Shown: in pieces, positions 13,366 through 27,000 of the stretch
Numbering within the stretch: position 1 is the first letter of the stretch
Layout of the letters: each line of letters opens with the position of its first letter
Assembly (NCBI GenBank): GCA_964016885.1
Contig: OZ024742.1
Coordinates: forward strand, 9,300,001 to 9,364,000
Source of the DNA: Eledone cirrhosa
Taxonomy: Eukaryota
Reading direction: 5' to 3'
DNA: 64,000 nucleotides
Notes under the pieces: model-generated
The model's input: the letters and a program-made list of their open reading frames with translations, nothing else
Told to the model about the DNA's origin: nothing
Database searches by the model: none
Translations under genes and position numbers: made by a program

Positions 13366-13410
13366 AATATTGGACTAGTTTCGATGTTATTACATCTCAT
13401 CAGCAATATT
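13366..13410 (-). ncRNA. Intact minimal type I hammerhead ribozyme (copy 1)
   Basis: AATATTG-CTGATGA-GATGT-AATA-ACATC-GAAA-C-TA-GTC^CAATATT; 7-bp stem I, 5-bp stem II, palindromic ACTAGT stem III; 11-bp distal stem I helix at 13344-13354/13428-13438. Confidence 0.95.
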
Positions 13411-13832
13411 TACCCATCTTCCGGCTTCTCTGGAGAATTGTAAAAGCACATATCGTTATATGCTTTCTCTATGAAAATTAGTAGTGGGTAGACTAATTTG
13501 CATAGAACGTGAGTCATTGTACGCTCCGGTTCAGCGGAAACGATAAAAACAAATAACGAAACGAAATTAAATTTCGTTTCGATTCTAACTCACTTTTGTA
13601 TGACTGACGCTTAAACAATTAAGTTAAAGTGTACATCTACATATGTATACGGAAGTTAGTATGCATATAAATACACACATGTATACATATGTACATGTAC
13701 TCAGCTTTTCACTAGACACTTTACAGTGAGTGTCAGCTAGTCTGTATGTAACCACACAGGCGGACCGGGTTTTAGAGTCATACGAGTTTTCAAGGAAACA
13801 CATTTCCTCTATTCTCCAGAGGGCCAGACAGG

Positions 13833-13877
13833 AATATTGGACTAGTTTCGATGTTATTACATCTCATCAGCAATATT
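13833..13877 (-). ncRNA. Intact minimal type I hammerhead ribozyme (copy 2)
   Basis: Identical to 13366-13410, 467 nt away. Confidence 0.95.
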
Positions 13878-14311
13878 TACCCATCTTCCGGCTTCTCTGG
13901 AGAATTGTAAAAGCACATATCGTTATATGCTTTCTCTATGAAAATTAGTAGTGGGTAGACTAATTTGCATAGAACGTGAGTCATTGTACGCACCGGTTCA
14001 GCGGAAACGATAAAAACAAATAACGAAACGAAATTAAATTTCGTTTCGCTTCTAACTCACTTTTGTATGACTGACGCTTAAACAATTAAGTTAAAGTGTA
14101 CATCTACATATGTATACGGAAGTATTAGTATGCATATAAATACACACATGTATACATATGTACATGTACTCAGCTTTTCACTAGACACTTTACAGTGAGT
14201 GTCAGCTAGTCTGTATGTAACCACACAGGCGGACCGGGTTTTAGAGTCATACGAGTTTTCAAGGAAACACATTTCCTCTATTCTCCAGAGGGCCAGGCAG
14301 GCCCTCTGGAG

Positions 14312-14356
14312 AATATTCCTGATGAGATGTAATAACATCGAAACTAGTCCAATATT
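14312..14356 (+). ncRNA. Inverted HHR copy at the end of the tandem array
   Basis: AATATTC-CTGATGA-GATGTAATAACATC-GAAACTAGTC^CAATATT; first stem I pair is a C-C mismatch. Confidence 0.85.
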
Positions 14357-14419
14357 CCTGTCTGGGAATATTGGACTAGTTTTAATATGGGAATAAAAAT
14401 GGCGGATTCACCTATCCAA

Positions 14420-14471
14420 CACACACACACTCAGAACCACAATTACAAACATTCCCACACTAACACACACA

Positions 14472-14502
<31 letters not shown>

Positions 14503-14845
14503 TCAGAACCACAATTACAAATATTCCCACACTAAAACACACACACACTCACACACTCAGAACCACAATTACAAACATCCCCCCCCCCACACACACAAAC
14601 TCAGAACCACAATTCCAAATATTCCCACACTAAAACACACACACAGACTCACACACACGGAACCACAATTACAAACATTCACACTCTAACACACGCACAC
14701 ACACACTCAGAACCACAATTACAAACATTCACACACTAACACACACTAACACACACACACACACACTCATACACACACACACACACACACACAGACACAC
14801 ACACACTCAGAACCACAATTACAAACATTCACACACTAACAACAC
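14420..14845. repeat. CA-rich minisatellite, ~7 copies
   Basis: ACTCAGAACCACAATTACAAACATTC cores separated by variable (CA)n. Confidence 0.85.
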
Positions 14846-15094
14846 TTAGAGACACACACACACATCTACACAGGAACAAGACAAGCACCAATACAGAAGG
14901 AGAGATAAAGAGAGGGAGACTCAGTGAGAGAGAGGCAGGGAGAGAGAGAGAGCGGCAGAGAAAGAGAGAGAGAGACGGAGGGAGAGAGAGAGAGAAAGAG
15001 CGAGGGAGAGAAAAAGAGATGGAGAGTGAGGGACAGGAAGGGAGAGAGAGTGTGAGGGAGGGAGAGAAAGTGAGAGGGAGAGTGAGGCAGAGAA

Positions 15095-18000
15095 AGAGAG
15101 ACAGTAGTGGAGATAGAAGAGAGACAGTAGTGGAGATAGGAGAGAGACAGTAGTGGAGATAGAAGAGAGACAGTAGTGGAGATAGAAGAGAGACAGTAGT
15201 GGAGATAGGAGAGAGACAGTAGTGGAGATAGAAGAGAGACAGTAGTGGAGATAGAAGAGAGACAGTAGTGGGGATTGGAGAGAGAGAGAGTAGTGGAGAT
15301 AGAAGAGAGACAGTAGTGGAGATAGAAGAGAGACAGTAGTGGAGATAGGAGAGAGACAGTAGTGGTGATAGGAGAGAGAGAGTAGTGGAGATAGAAGAGA
15401 GACAGTAGTGGAGATAGGAGAGAGACAGTAGTGGAGATAGGAGAGAGACAGTAGTGGAGATAGGAGAGAGACAGTAGTGGAGATAGAAGAGAGACAGTAG
15501 TGGAGATAGAAGAGAGAGAGTAGTGGAGATAGGAGAGAGACAGTAGTGGAGATAGGAGAGAGACAGTAGTGGAGATAGGAGAGAGACAGTAGTGGTGATA
15601 GGAGAGAGAGAGTAGTGGAGATAGAAGAGAGACAGTAGTGGAGATAGAAGAGAGACAGTAGTGGAGATAGGAGAGAGACAGTAGTGGGGATTGGAGAGAG
15701 AGAGTAGTGGAGATAGAAGAGAGACAGTAGTGGAGATAGAAGAGAGACAGTAGTGGAGATAGGAGAGAGACAGTAGTGGTGATAGGAGAGAGAGAGTAGT
15801 GGAGATAGAAGAGAGACAGTAGTGGAGATAGAAGAGAGACAGTAGTGGAGATAGGAGAGAGACAGTAGTGGAGATAGGAGAGAGACAGTAGTGGAGATAG
15901 GAGAGAGACAGTAGTGGAGATAGAAGAGAGACAGTAGTGGAGATAGAAGAGAGACAGTAGTGGAGATAGGAGAGAGACAGTAGTGGAGATAGGAGAGAGA
16001 CAGTAGTGGAGATAGGAGAGAGACAGTAGTGGTGATAGGAGAGAGAGAGTAGTGGAGATAGAAGAGAGACAGTAGTGGAGATAGAAGAGAGACAGTAGTG
16101 GAGATAGGAGAGAGACAGTAGTGGGGATTGGAGAGAGAGAGTAGTGGAGATAGAAGAGAGACAGTAGTGGAGATAGAAGAGAGACAGTAGTGGAGATAGG
16201 AGAGAGACAGTAGTGGTGATAGGAGAGAGAGAGTAGTGGAGATAGAAGAGAGACAGTAGTGGAGATAGAAGAGAGACAGTAGTGGAGATAGGAGAGAGAC
16301 AGTAGTGGAGATAGAAGGGAGACAGTAGTGGAGATAGAAGAGAGACAGTAGTGGAGATAGGAGAGAGACAATAGTGAAGATAGAAGAGAGACAGTAGTGG
16401 AGATAGGAGAGAGACAGTAGTGGAGATGGAAGAGAGACAGTAGTGGAGATAGAAGAGAGAGAGAGTAGTGGAGATAGAAGAGAGACAGTAGTGGAGATAG
16501 GAGAGAGACATTAGTGGAGATAGGAGAGAGACAGTAGTGGAGATAGGAGAGACAGTAGTGGAGATAGGAGAGAGACAATAGTGGAGATAGAAGAGAGACA
16601 GTAGTGGAGATAGAAGAGAGACAGTAGTGGAGATAGGAGAGAGACAGTAGAGGAGATAGAAGAGAGACAGTAGTGGAGATAGAAGAGAGACAGTAGTGGA
16701 GATGGAGAGAGACATTAGTGGAGATAGGAGAGAGACAGTAGTGGAGATAGGAGAGACAGTAGTGGAGATATGAGAGAGACAATAGTGGAGATAGAAGAGA
16801 GACAGTAGTGGAGATAGAAGAGAGACAGTAGTGGAGATAGGAGAGAGACAGTAGTGGAGATAGAAGAGAGACAGTAGTGAAGATAGAAGTGAAGATAGAA
16901 GAGAGACAGTAGTGGAGATAGAAGTAAGAGACAGTAGTGGAGATAGAAGAGAGACAGTAGTGGAGATAGAATTGAGACAGTAGTGGAGATAGAAGAGAGA
17001 CAGTAGTGGAGATAGGAGAGAGACAATAGTGGAGATAGAAGAGAGACAGTAGTGGAGATAGAAGAGAGACAGTAGTGGAGATAGGAGAGAGACAGTAGTG
17101 GAGATAGAAGAGAGACAGTAGTGAAGATAGAAGTGAAGATAGAAGAGAGACAGTAGTGGAGATAGAAGTAAGAGACAGTAGTGGAGATAGAAGAGAGACA
17201 GTAGTGGAGATAGAATTGAGACAGTAGTGGAGATAGAAGAGAGACAGTAGTGGAGATAGGAGAGAGACAGTAGTGGAGATAGAAGAGAGACAGTAGTGGA
17301 GATAGGAGAGAGACAGTAGTGGAGATAGAAGAGAGACAGTAGTGGAGATAGGAGAGAGACAGTAGTGGAGATAGAAGAGAGACAGTAGTGGAGATAGAAG
17401 AGAGACAGAAGTGGAGATAGGAGAGAGACAGTAGTGGAGATAGAAGAGAGACAGTAGTGGAGATAGGAGAGAGACAGTAGTGGAGATAGGAGAGAGACAG
17501 TAGTGAAGATAGGAGAGAGACAGTAGTGGAGATAGAAGAGAGACAGTAGTGGAGATAGAAGAGAGACAGTAGTGGAGATAGGAGAGAGACAGTAGTAGAT
17601 ATAGAAGAGAGACAGTAGTGGAGATAGAAGAGAGACAGTAGTGAAGATAGGAGAGAGAGAGTAGTGGAGATAGAAGAGAGACAGTAGTGGAGATAGAAGA
17701 GAGACAGTAGTGGAGATAGGAGAGAGACAGTAGTGGAGATAGGAGAGAGACAGTAGTGGAGATAGGAGTGAGACAGTAGTGGAGATAGAAGAGAGACAGT
17801 AGTGGAGATAGAAGAGAGACAGTAGTGGAGATAGGAGAGAGACAGTAGTGGAGATAGGAGAGAGACAGTAGTGGAGATAGGAGAGAGACAGTAGTGGAGA
17901 TAGAAGAGAGACAGTAGTGGAGATAGAAGAGAGACAGTAGTGGAGATAGGAGAGAGACAGTAGTGGAGATAGGAGAGAGACAGTAGTGGAGATAGGAGAG

Positions 18001-21000
18001 AGACAGTAGTGGAGATAGGAGAGAGAGAGTAGTGGAGATAGAAGAGAGACAGTAGTGGAGATAGAAGAGAGACAGTAGTGGAGATAGGAGAGAGACAGTA
18101 GTGGTGATAGGAGAGAGAGAGTAGTGGAGATAGAAGAGAGACAGTAGTGGAGATAGAAGAGAGACAGTAGTGGAAATAGGAGAGAGACAGTAGTGGAGAT
18201 AGAAGGGAGACAGTAGTGGAGATAGAAGAGAGACAGTAGTGGAGATAGGAGAGAGACAGTAGTGAAGATAGAAGTGAAGATAGAAGAGAGACAGTAGTGG
18301 AGATAGAAGAGAGACAGTAGTGGAGATAGGAGAGAGACAGTAGAGGAGATAGAAGAGAGACAGTAGTGGAGATAGAAGAGAGACAGTAGTGGAGATGGAG
18401 AGAGACATTAGTGGAGATAGGAGAGAGACAGTAGTGGAGATAGGAGAGACAGTAGTGGAGATATGAGAGAGACAATAGTGGAGATAGAAGAGAGACAGTA
18501 GTGGAGATAGAAGAGAGACAGTAGTGGAGATAGGAGAGAGACAGTAGTGGAGATAGAAGAGAGAAAGTAGTGAAGATAGAAGTGAAGATAGAAGAGAGAC
18601 AGTAGTGGAGATAGAAGTAAGAGACAGTAGTGGAGATAGAAGAGAGACAGTAGTGGAGATAGAATTGAGACAGTAGTGGAGATAGAAGAGAGACAGTAGT
18701 GGAGATAGGAGAGAGACAATAGTGGAGATAGAAGAGAGACAGTAGTGGAGATAGAAGAGAGACAGTAGTGGAGATAGGAGAGAGACAGTAGTGGAGATAG
18801 AAGAGAGACAGTAGTGAAGATAGAAGTGAAGATAGAAGAGAGACAGTAGTGGAGATAGAAGTAAGAGACAGTAGTGGAGATAGAAGAGAGACAGTAGTGG
18901 AGATAGAATTGAGACAGTAGTGGAGATAGAAGAGAGACAGTAGTGGAGATAGGAGAGAGACAGTAGTGGAGATAGAAGAGAGACAGTAGTGGAGATAGGA
19001 GAGAGACAGTAGTGGAGATAGAAGAGAGACAGTAGTGGAGATAGGAGAGAGACAGTAGTGGAGATAGAAGAGAGACAGTAGTGGAGATAGAAGAGAGACA
19101 GAAGTGGAGATTGGAGAGAGACAGTAGTGGAGATAGAAGAGAGACAGTAGTGGAGATAGGAGAGAGACAGTAGTGGAGATAGGAGAGAGACAGTAGTGAA
19201 GATAGGAGAGAGACAGTAGTGGAGATAGAAGAGAGACAGTAGTGGAGATAGAAGAGAGACAGTAGTGGAGATAGGAGAGAGACAGTAGTAGATATAGAAG
19301 AGAGACAGTAGTGGAGATAGAAGAGAGACAGTAGTGAAGATAGGAGAGAGAGAGTAGTGGAGATAGAAGAGAGACAGTAGTGGAGATAGAAGAGAGACAG
19401 TAGTGGAGATAGGAGAGAGACAGTAGTGGAGATAGGAGAGAGACAGTAGTGGAGATAGGAGTGAGACAGTAGTGGAGATAGAAGAGAGACAGTAGTGGAG
19501 ATAGAAGAGAGACAGTAGTGGAGATGGGAGAGAGACAGTAGTGGAGATAGGAGAGAGACAGTAGTGGAGATAGGAGAGAGACAGTAGTGGAGATAGAAGA
19601 GAGACAGTAGTGGAGATAGAAGAGAGACAGTAGTGGAGATAGGAGAGAGACAGTAGTGGAGATAGGAGAGAGACAGTAGTGGAGATAGGAGAGAGACAGT
19701 AGTGGAGATAGGAGAGAGAGAGTAGTGGAGATAGAAGAGAGACAGTAGTGGAGATAGAAGAGAGACAGTAGTGGAGATAGGAGAGAGACAGTAGTGGTGA
19801 TAGGAGAGAGAGAGTAGTGGAGATAGAAGAGAGACAGTAGTGGAGATAGAAGAGAGACAGTAGTGGAAATAGGAGAGAGACAGTAGTGGAGATAGAAGGG
19901 AGACAGTAGTGGAGATAGAAGAGAGACAGTAGTGGAGATAGGAGAGAGACAGTAGTGAAGATAGAAGTGAAGATAGAAGAGAGACAGTAGTGGAGATAGA
20001 AGAGAGACAGTAGTGAAGATAGAAGTGAAGATAGAAGAGAGACAGTAGTGGAGATAGAAGTAAGAGACAGTAGTGGAGATAGAAGAGAGACAGTAGTGGA
20101 GATAGAATTGAGACAGTAGTGGAGATAGAAGAGAGACAGTAGTGGAGATAGGAGAGAGACAGTAGTGGAGATAGAAGAGAGACAGTAGTGGAGATAGGAG
20201 AGAGACAGTAGTGGAGATAGAAGAGAGACAGTAGTGGAGATAGGAGAGAGACAGTAGTGGAGATAGAAGAGAGACAGTAGTGGAGATAGAAGAGAGACAG
20301 AAGTGGAGATAGGAGAGAGACAGTAGTGGAGATAGAAGAGAGACAGTAGTGGAGATAGGAGAGAGACAGTAGTGGAGATAGTAGAGAGACAGTAGTGAAG
20401 ATAGGAGAGAGACAGTAGTGGAGATAGAAGAGAGACAGTAGTGGAGATAGAAGAGAGACAGTAGTGGAGATAGGAGAGAGACAGTAGTAGATATAGAAGA
20501 GAGGCAGTAGTGGAGATAGAAGAGAGACAGTAGTGAAGATAGGAGAGAGACAGTAGTGGAGATAGAAGAGAGACAGTAGTGGAGATAGGAGAGAGACAGT
20601 AGTGGAGATAGGAGAGAGACAGTAGTGGAGATAGGAGTGAGACAGTAGTGGAGATAGAAGAGAGACAGTAGTGGAGATAGAAGAGAGACAGTAGTGGAGA
20701 TAGGAGAGAGACAGTAGTGGAGATAGGAGAGAGACAGTAGTGGAGATAGGAGAGAGACAGTAGTGGAGATAGAAGAGAGACAGTAGTGGAGATAGAAGAG
20801 AGACAGTAGTGGAGATAGGAGAGAGACAGTAGTGGAGATAGGAGAGAGACAGTAGTGGAGATAGGAGAGAGACAGTAGTGGAGATAGGAGAGAGACAGTA
20901 GTGGAGATAGAAGAGAGACAGTAGTGGAGATAGAAGAGAGACAGTAGTGGGGATAGGAGAGAGAGAGTAGTGGAGATAGAAGAGAGACAGTAGTGGAGAT

Positions 21001-24000
21001 AGAAGAGAGACAGTAGTGGAGATAGGAGAGAGACAGTAGTGGTGATAGGAGAGAGAGAGTAGTGGAGATAGAAGAGAGACAGTAGTGGAGATAGAAGAGA
21101 GACAGTTGTGGAAATAGGAGAGAGACAGTAGTGGAGATAGAAGGGAGACAGTAGTGGAGATAGAAGAGAGACAGTAGTGGAGATAGGAGAGAGACAATAG
21201 TGGAGATAGAAGAGAGACAGTAGTGGAGATAGGAGAAAGACAGTAGTGGAGATAGAAGAGAGACAGTAGTGGAGATAGAAGAGAGAGAGAGTAGTGGAGA
21301 TAGAAGAGAGACAGTAGTGGAGATAGGATAGAGACAGTAGTGGAGATAGGAGAGAGACAGTAGTGGAGATAGGAGAGACAGTAGTGGAGATAGGAGAGAG
21401 ACAACAGTGGAGATAGAAGAGAGACAGTAGTGGAGATAGAAGAGAGACAGTAGTGGAGATAGGAGAGACAGGGTAGTGGAGATAGAAGAGAGACAGTAGT
21501 GAAGATAGAAGTGAAGATAGAAGAGAGACAGTAGTGGAGATAGAAGTAAGAGACAGTAGTGGAGATAGAAGAGAGACAGTAGTGGAGATAGAATTGAGAC
21601 AGTAGTGGAGATAGAAGAGAGACAGTAGTGGAGGTAGGAGAGAGACAGTAGTGGAGATAGAAGAGAGACAGTAGTGGAGATAGGAGAGAGACAGTAGTGG
21701 AGATAGGAGAGAGACAGTAGTGGAGATAGAATTGAGACAGTAGTGGGGATAGGAGAGAGAGAGTAGTGGAGAGAGAAGAGAGACAGTAGTGGAGATAGAA
21801 TAGAGACAGTAGTGGAGATAGGAGAGAGACAGTAGTGGTGATAGGAGAGAGAGAGTAGTGGAGATAGAAGAGAGACAGTAGTGGAGATAGAAGAGAGACA
21901 GTAGTGGAAATAGGAGAGAGACAGTAGTGGAGATAGAAAGGAGACAGTAGTGGAGATAGAAGAGAGACAGTAGTGGAGATAGGAGAGAGACAATAGTAGA
22001 GATAGAAGAGAGGACTAGTGGAGATAGGAGAGAGACAGTAGTGGAGATAGAAGAGAGACAGTAGTGGAGATAGAAGAGAGAGAGAGTAGTGGAGATAGAA
22101 GAGAGACAGTAGTGGAGATAGAAGGGAGACAGTAGTGGAGATAGAAGAGAGACAGTAGTGGAGATAGGAGAGAGACAGTAGTGAAGATAGAAGTGAAGAT
22201 AGAAGAGAGACAGTAGTGGAGATAGAAGAGAGACAGTAGTGAAGATAGAAGTGAAGATAGAAGAGAGACAGTAGTGGAGATAGAAGTAAGAGACAGTAGT
22301 GGAGATAGAAGAGAGACAGTAGTGGAGATAGAATTGAGACAGTAGTGGAGATAGAAGAGAGACAGTAGTGGAGATAGGAGAGAGACAGTAGTGGAGATAG
22401 AAGAGAGACAGTAGTGGAGATAGGAGAGAGACAGTAGTGGAGATAGAAGAGAGACAGTAGTGGAGATAGGAGAGAGACAGTAGTGGAGATAGAAGAGAGA
22501 CAGTAGTGGAGATAGAAGAGAGACAGAAGTGGAGATAGGAGAGAGACAGTAGTGGAGATAGAAGAGAGACAGTAGTGGAGATAGGAGAGAGACAGTAGTG
22601 GAGATAGGAGAGAGACAGTAGTGAAGATAGGAGAGAGACAGTAGTGGAGATAGAAGAGAGACAGTAGTGGAGATAGAAGAGAGACAGTAGTGGAGATAGG
22701 AGAGAGACAGTAGTAGATATAGAAGAGAGACAGTAGTGGAGATAGAAGAGAGACAGTAGTGAAGATAGGAGAGAGACAGTAGTGGAGATAGGAGAGAGAC
22801 AGTAGTGGAGATAGAAGAGAGACAGTAGTGGAGATAGAAGAGAGACAGTAGTGGAGATAGGAGAGAGACAGTAGTGGAGATAGGAGAGAGACAGTAGTGG
22901 AGATAGGAGAGAGACAGTAGTGGAGATAGGAGAGAGACAGTAGTGGAGATAGAAGAGAGACAGTAGTGGAGATAGAAGAGAGACAGTAGTGGGGATAGGA
23001 GAGAGAGAGTAGTGGAGATAGAAGAGAGACAGTAGTGGAGATAGAAGAGAGACAGTAGTGGAGATAGGAGAGAGACAGTAGTGGTGATAGGAGAGAGAGA
23101 GTAGTGGAGATAGAAGAGAGACAGTAGTGGAGATAGAAGAGAGACAGTTGTGGAAATAGGAGAGAGACAGTAGTGGAGATAGAAGGGAGACAGTAGTGGA
23201 GATAGAAGAGAGACAGTAGTGGAGATAGGAGAGAGACAATAGTGGAGATAGAAGAGAGACAGTAGTGGAGATAGGAGAAAGACAGTAGTGGAGATAGAAG
23301 AGAGACAGTAGTGGAGATAGAAGAGAGAGAGAGTAGTGGAGATAGAAGAGAGACAGTAGTGGAGATAGGATAGAGACAGTAGTGGAGATAGGAGAGAGAC
23401 AGTAGTGGAGATAGGAGAGACAGTAGTGGAGATAGGAGAGAGACAACAGTGGAGATAGAAGAGAGACAGTAGTGGAGATAGAAGAGAGACAGTAGTGGAG
23501 ATAGGAGAGACAGGGTAGTGGAGATAGAAGAGAGACAGTAGTGAAGATAGAAGTGAAGATAGAAGAGAGACAGTAGTGGAGATAGAAGTAAGAGACAGTA
23601 GTGGAGATAGAAGAGAGACAGTAGTGGAGATAGAATTGAGACAGTAGTGGAGATAGAAGAGAGACAGTAGTGGAGGTAGGAGAGAGACAGTAGTGGAGAT
23701 AGAAGAGAGACAGTAGTGGAGATAGGAGAGAGACAGTAGTGGAGATAGGAGAGAGACAGTAGTGGAGATAGAATTGAGACAGTAGTGGGGATAGGAGAGA
23801 GAGAGTAGTGGAGAGAGAAGAGAGACAGTAGTGGAGATAGAATAGAGACAGTAGTGGAGATAGGAGAGAGACAGTAGTGGTGATAGGAGAGAGAGAGTAG
23901 TGGAGATAGAAGAGAGACAGTAGTGGAGATAGAAGAGAGACAGTAGTGGAAATAGGAGAGAGACAGTAGTGGAGATAGAAAGGAGACAGTAGTGGAGATA

Positions 24001-27000
24001 GAAGAGAGACAGTAGTGGAGATAGGAGAGAGACAATAGTAGAGATAGAAGAGAGGACTAGTGGAGATAGGAGAGAGACAGTAGTGGAGATAGAAGAGAGA
24101 CAGTAGTGGAGATAGAAGAGAGAGAGAGTAGTGGAGATAGAAGAGAGACAGTAGTGGAGATAGAAGGGAGACAGTAGTGGAGATAGGAGAGAGACAGTAG
24201 TAGATATAGAAGAGAGACAGTAGTGGAGATAGAAGAGAGACAGTAGTGAAGATAGGAGAGAGACAGTAGTGGAGATAGGAGAGAGACAGTAGTGGAGATA
24301 GAAGAGAGACAGTAGTGGAGATAGAAGAGAGACAGTAGTGGAGATAGGAGAGAGACAGTAGTGGAGATAGGAGAGAGACAGTAGTGGAGATAGGAGAGAG
24401 ACAGTAGTGGAGATAGGAGAGAGACAGTAGTGGAGATAGAAGAGAGACAGTAGTGGAGATAGAAGAGAGACAGTAGTGGGGATAGGAGAGAGAGAGTAGT
24501 GGAGATAGAAGAGAGACAGTAGTGGAGATAGAAGAGAGACAGTAGTGGAGATAGGAGAGAGACAGTAGTGGTGATAGGAGAGAGAGAGTAGTGGAGATAG
24601 AAGAGAGACAGTAGTGGAGATAGAAGAGAGACAGTTGTGGAAATAGGAGAGAGACAGTAGTGGAGATAGAAGGGAGACAGTAGTGGAGATAGAAGAGAGA
24701 CAGTAGTGGAGATAGGAGAGAGACAATAGTGGAGATAGAAGAGAGACAGTAGTGGAGATAGGAGAAAGACAGTAGTGGAGATAGAAGAGAGACAGTAGTG
24801 GAGATAGAAGAGAGAGAGAGTAGTGGAGATAGAAGAGAGACAGTAGTGGAGATAGGATAGAGACAGTAGTGGAGATAGGAGAGAGACAGTAGTGGAGATA
24901 GGAGAGACAGTAGTGGAGATAGGAGAGAGACAACAGTGGAGATAGAAGAGAGACAGTAGTGGAGATAGAAGAGAGACAGTAGTGGAGATAGGAGAGACAG
25001 GGTAGTGGAGATAGAAGAGAGACAGTAGTGAAGATAGAAGTGAAGATAGAAGAGAGACAGTAGTGGAGATAGAAGTAAGAGACAGTAGTGGAGATAGAAG
25101 AGAGACAGTAGTGGAGATAGAGTTGAGACAGTAGTGGAGATAGAAGAGAGACAGTAGTGGAGGTAGGAGAGAGACAGTAGTGGAGATAGAAGAGAGACAG
25201 TAGTGGAGATAGGAGAGAGACAGTAGTGGAGATAGGAGAGAGACAGTAGTGGAGATAGAATTGAGACAGTAGTGGGGATAGGAGAGAGAGAGTAGTGGAG
25301 AGAGAAGAGAGACAGTAGTGGAGATAGAATAGAGACAGTAGTGGAGATAGGAGAGAGACAGTAGTGGTGATAGGAGAGAGAGAGTAGTGGAGATAGAAGA
25401 GAGACAGTAGTGGAGATAGAAGAGAGACAGTAGTGGAAATAGGAGAGAGACAGTAGTGGAGATAGAAAGGAGACAGTAGTGGAGATAGAAGAGAGACAGT
25501 AGTGGAGATAGGAGAGAGACAATAGTAGAGATAGAAGAGAGGACTAGTGGAGATAGGAGAGAGACAGTAGTGGAGATAGAAGAGAGACAGTAGTGGAGAT
25601 AGAAGAGAGAGAGAGTAGTGGAGATAGAAGAGAGACAGTAGTGGAGATAGAAGGGAGACAGTAGTGGAGATAGAAGAGAGACAGTAGTGGAGATAGGAGA
25701 GAGACAGTAGTGAAGATAGAAGTGAAGATAGAAGAGAGACAGTAGTGGAGATAGAAGAGAGACAGTAGTGAAGATAGAAGTGAAGATAGAAGAGAGACAG
25801 TAGTGGAGATAGAAGTAAGAGACAGTAGTGGAGATAGAAGAGAGACAGTAGTGGAGATAGAATTGAGACAGTAGTGGAGATAGAAGAGAGACAGTAGTGG
25901 AGATAGGAGAGAGACAGTAGTGGAGATAGAAGAGAGACAGTAGTGGAGATAGGAGAGAGACAGTAGTGGAGATAGAAGAGAGACAGTAGTGGAGATAGGA
26001 GAGAGACAGTAGTGGAGATAGAAGAGAGACAGTAGTGGAGATAGAAGAGAGACAGAAGTGGAGATAGGAGAGAGACAGTAGTGGAGATAGAAGAGAGACA
26101 GTAGTGGAGATAGGAGAGAGACAGTAGTGGAGATAGGAGAGAGACAGTAGTGAAGATAGGAGAGAGACAGTAGTGGAGATAGAAGAGAGACAGTAGTGGA
26201 GATAGAAGAGAGACAGTAGTGGAGATAGGAGAGAGACAGTAGTAGATATAGAAGAGAGACAGTAGTGGAGATAGAAGAGAGACAGTAGTGAAGATAGGAG
26301 AGAGACAGTAGTGGAGATAGAAGAGAGACAGTAGTGGAGATAGCAGAGAGACAGTAGTGGAGATAGGAGAGAGACAGTAGTGGAGATAGGAGAGAGACAG
26401 TAGTGGAGATAGGAGTGAGACAGTAGTGGAGATAGAAGAGAGACAGTAGTGGAGATAGAAGAGAGACAGTAGTGGAGATAGGAGAGAGACAGTAGTGGAG
26501 ATAGGAGAGAGACAGTAGTGGAGATAGGAGAGAGACAGTAGTGGAGATAGAAGAGAGACAGTAGTGGAGATAGAAGAGAGACAGTAGTGGAGATAGGAGA
26601 GAGACAGTAGTGGAGATAGGAGAGAGACAGTAGTGGAGATAGGAGAGAGACAGTAGTGGAGATAGGAGAGAGACAGTAGTGGAGATAGAAGAGAGACAGT
26701 AGTGGAGATAGAAGAGAGACAGTAGTGGGGATAGGAGAGAGAGAGTAGTGGATATAGAAGAGAGACAGTAGTGGAGATAGAAGAGAGACAGTAGTGGAGA
26801 TAGGAGAGAGACAGTAGTGGTGATAGGAGAGAGAGAGTAGTGGAGATAGAAGAGAGACAGTAGTGGAGATAGAAGAGAGACAGTTGTGGAAATAGGAGAG
26901 AGACAGTAGTGGAGATAGAAGGGAGACAGTAGTGGAGATAGAAGAGAGACAGTAGTGGAGATAGGAGAGAGACAATAGTGGAGATAGAAGAGAGACAGTA

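Larger units (their letters stand above)
13148..14297 (-). mobile_element. Non-LTR retrozyme-like tandem repeat, 469/467-bp monomers (~2.45 copies)
   Basis: Units start at 13148, 13617 and 14084 and are nearly identical; one HHR per complete unit; no convincing ORF; abuts (TA)n. Confidence 0.85.

Noticed and set aside
13263-14396. Repeated 72-aa ORF in the 467-bp units
   Set aside because: GTG start, no recognisable domain, and antisense to the ribozyme; it recurs only because the unit is duplicated.
14420-14845. Repeat-spacer pattern resembling a CRISPR array
   Set aside because: The 'spacers' are variable (CA)n tracts, the context is eukaryotic, and there are no cas genes.
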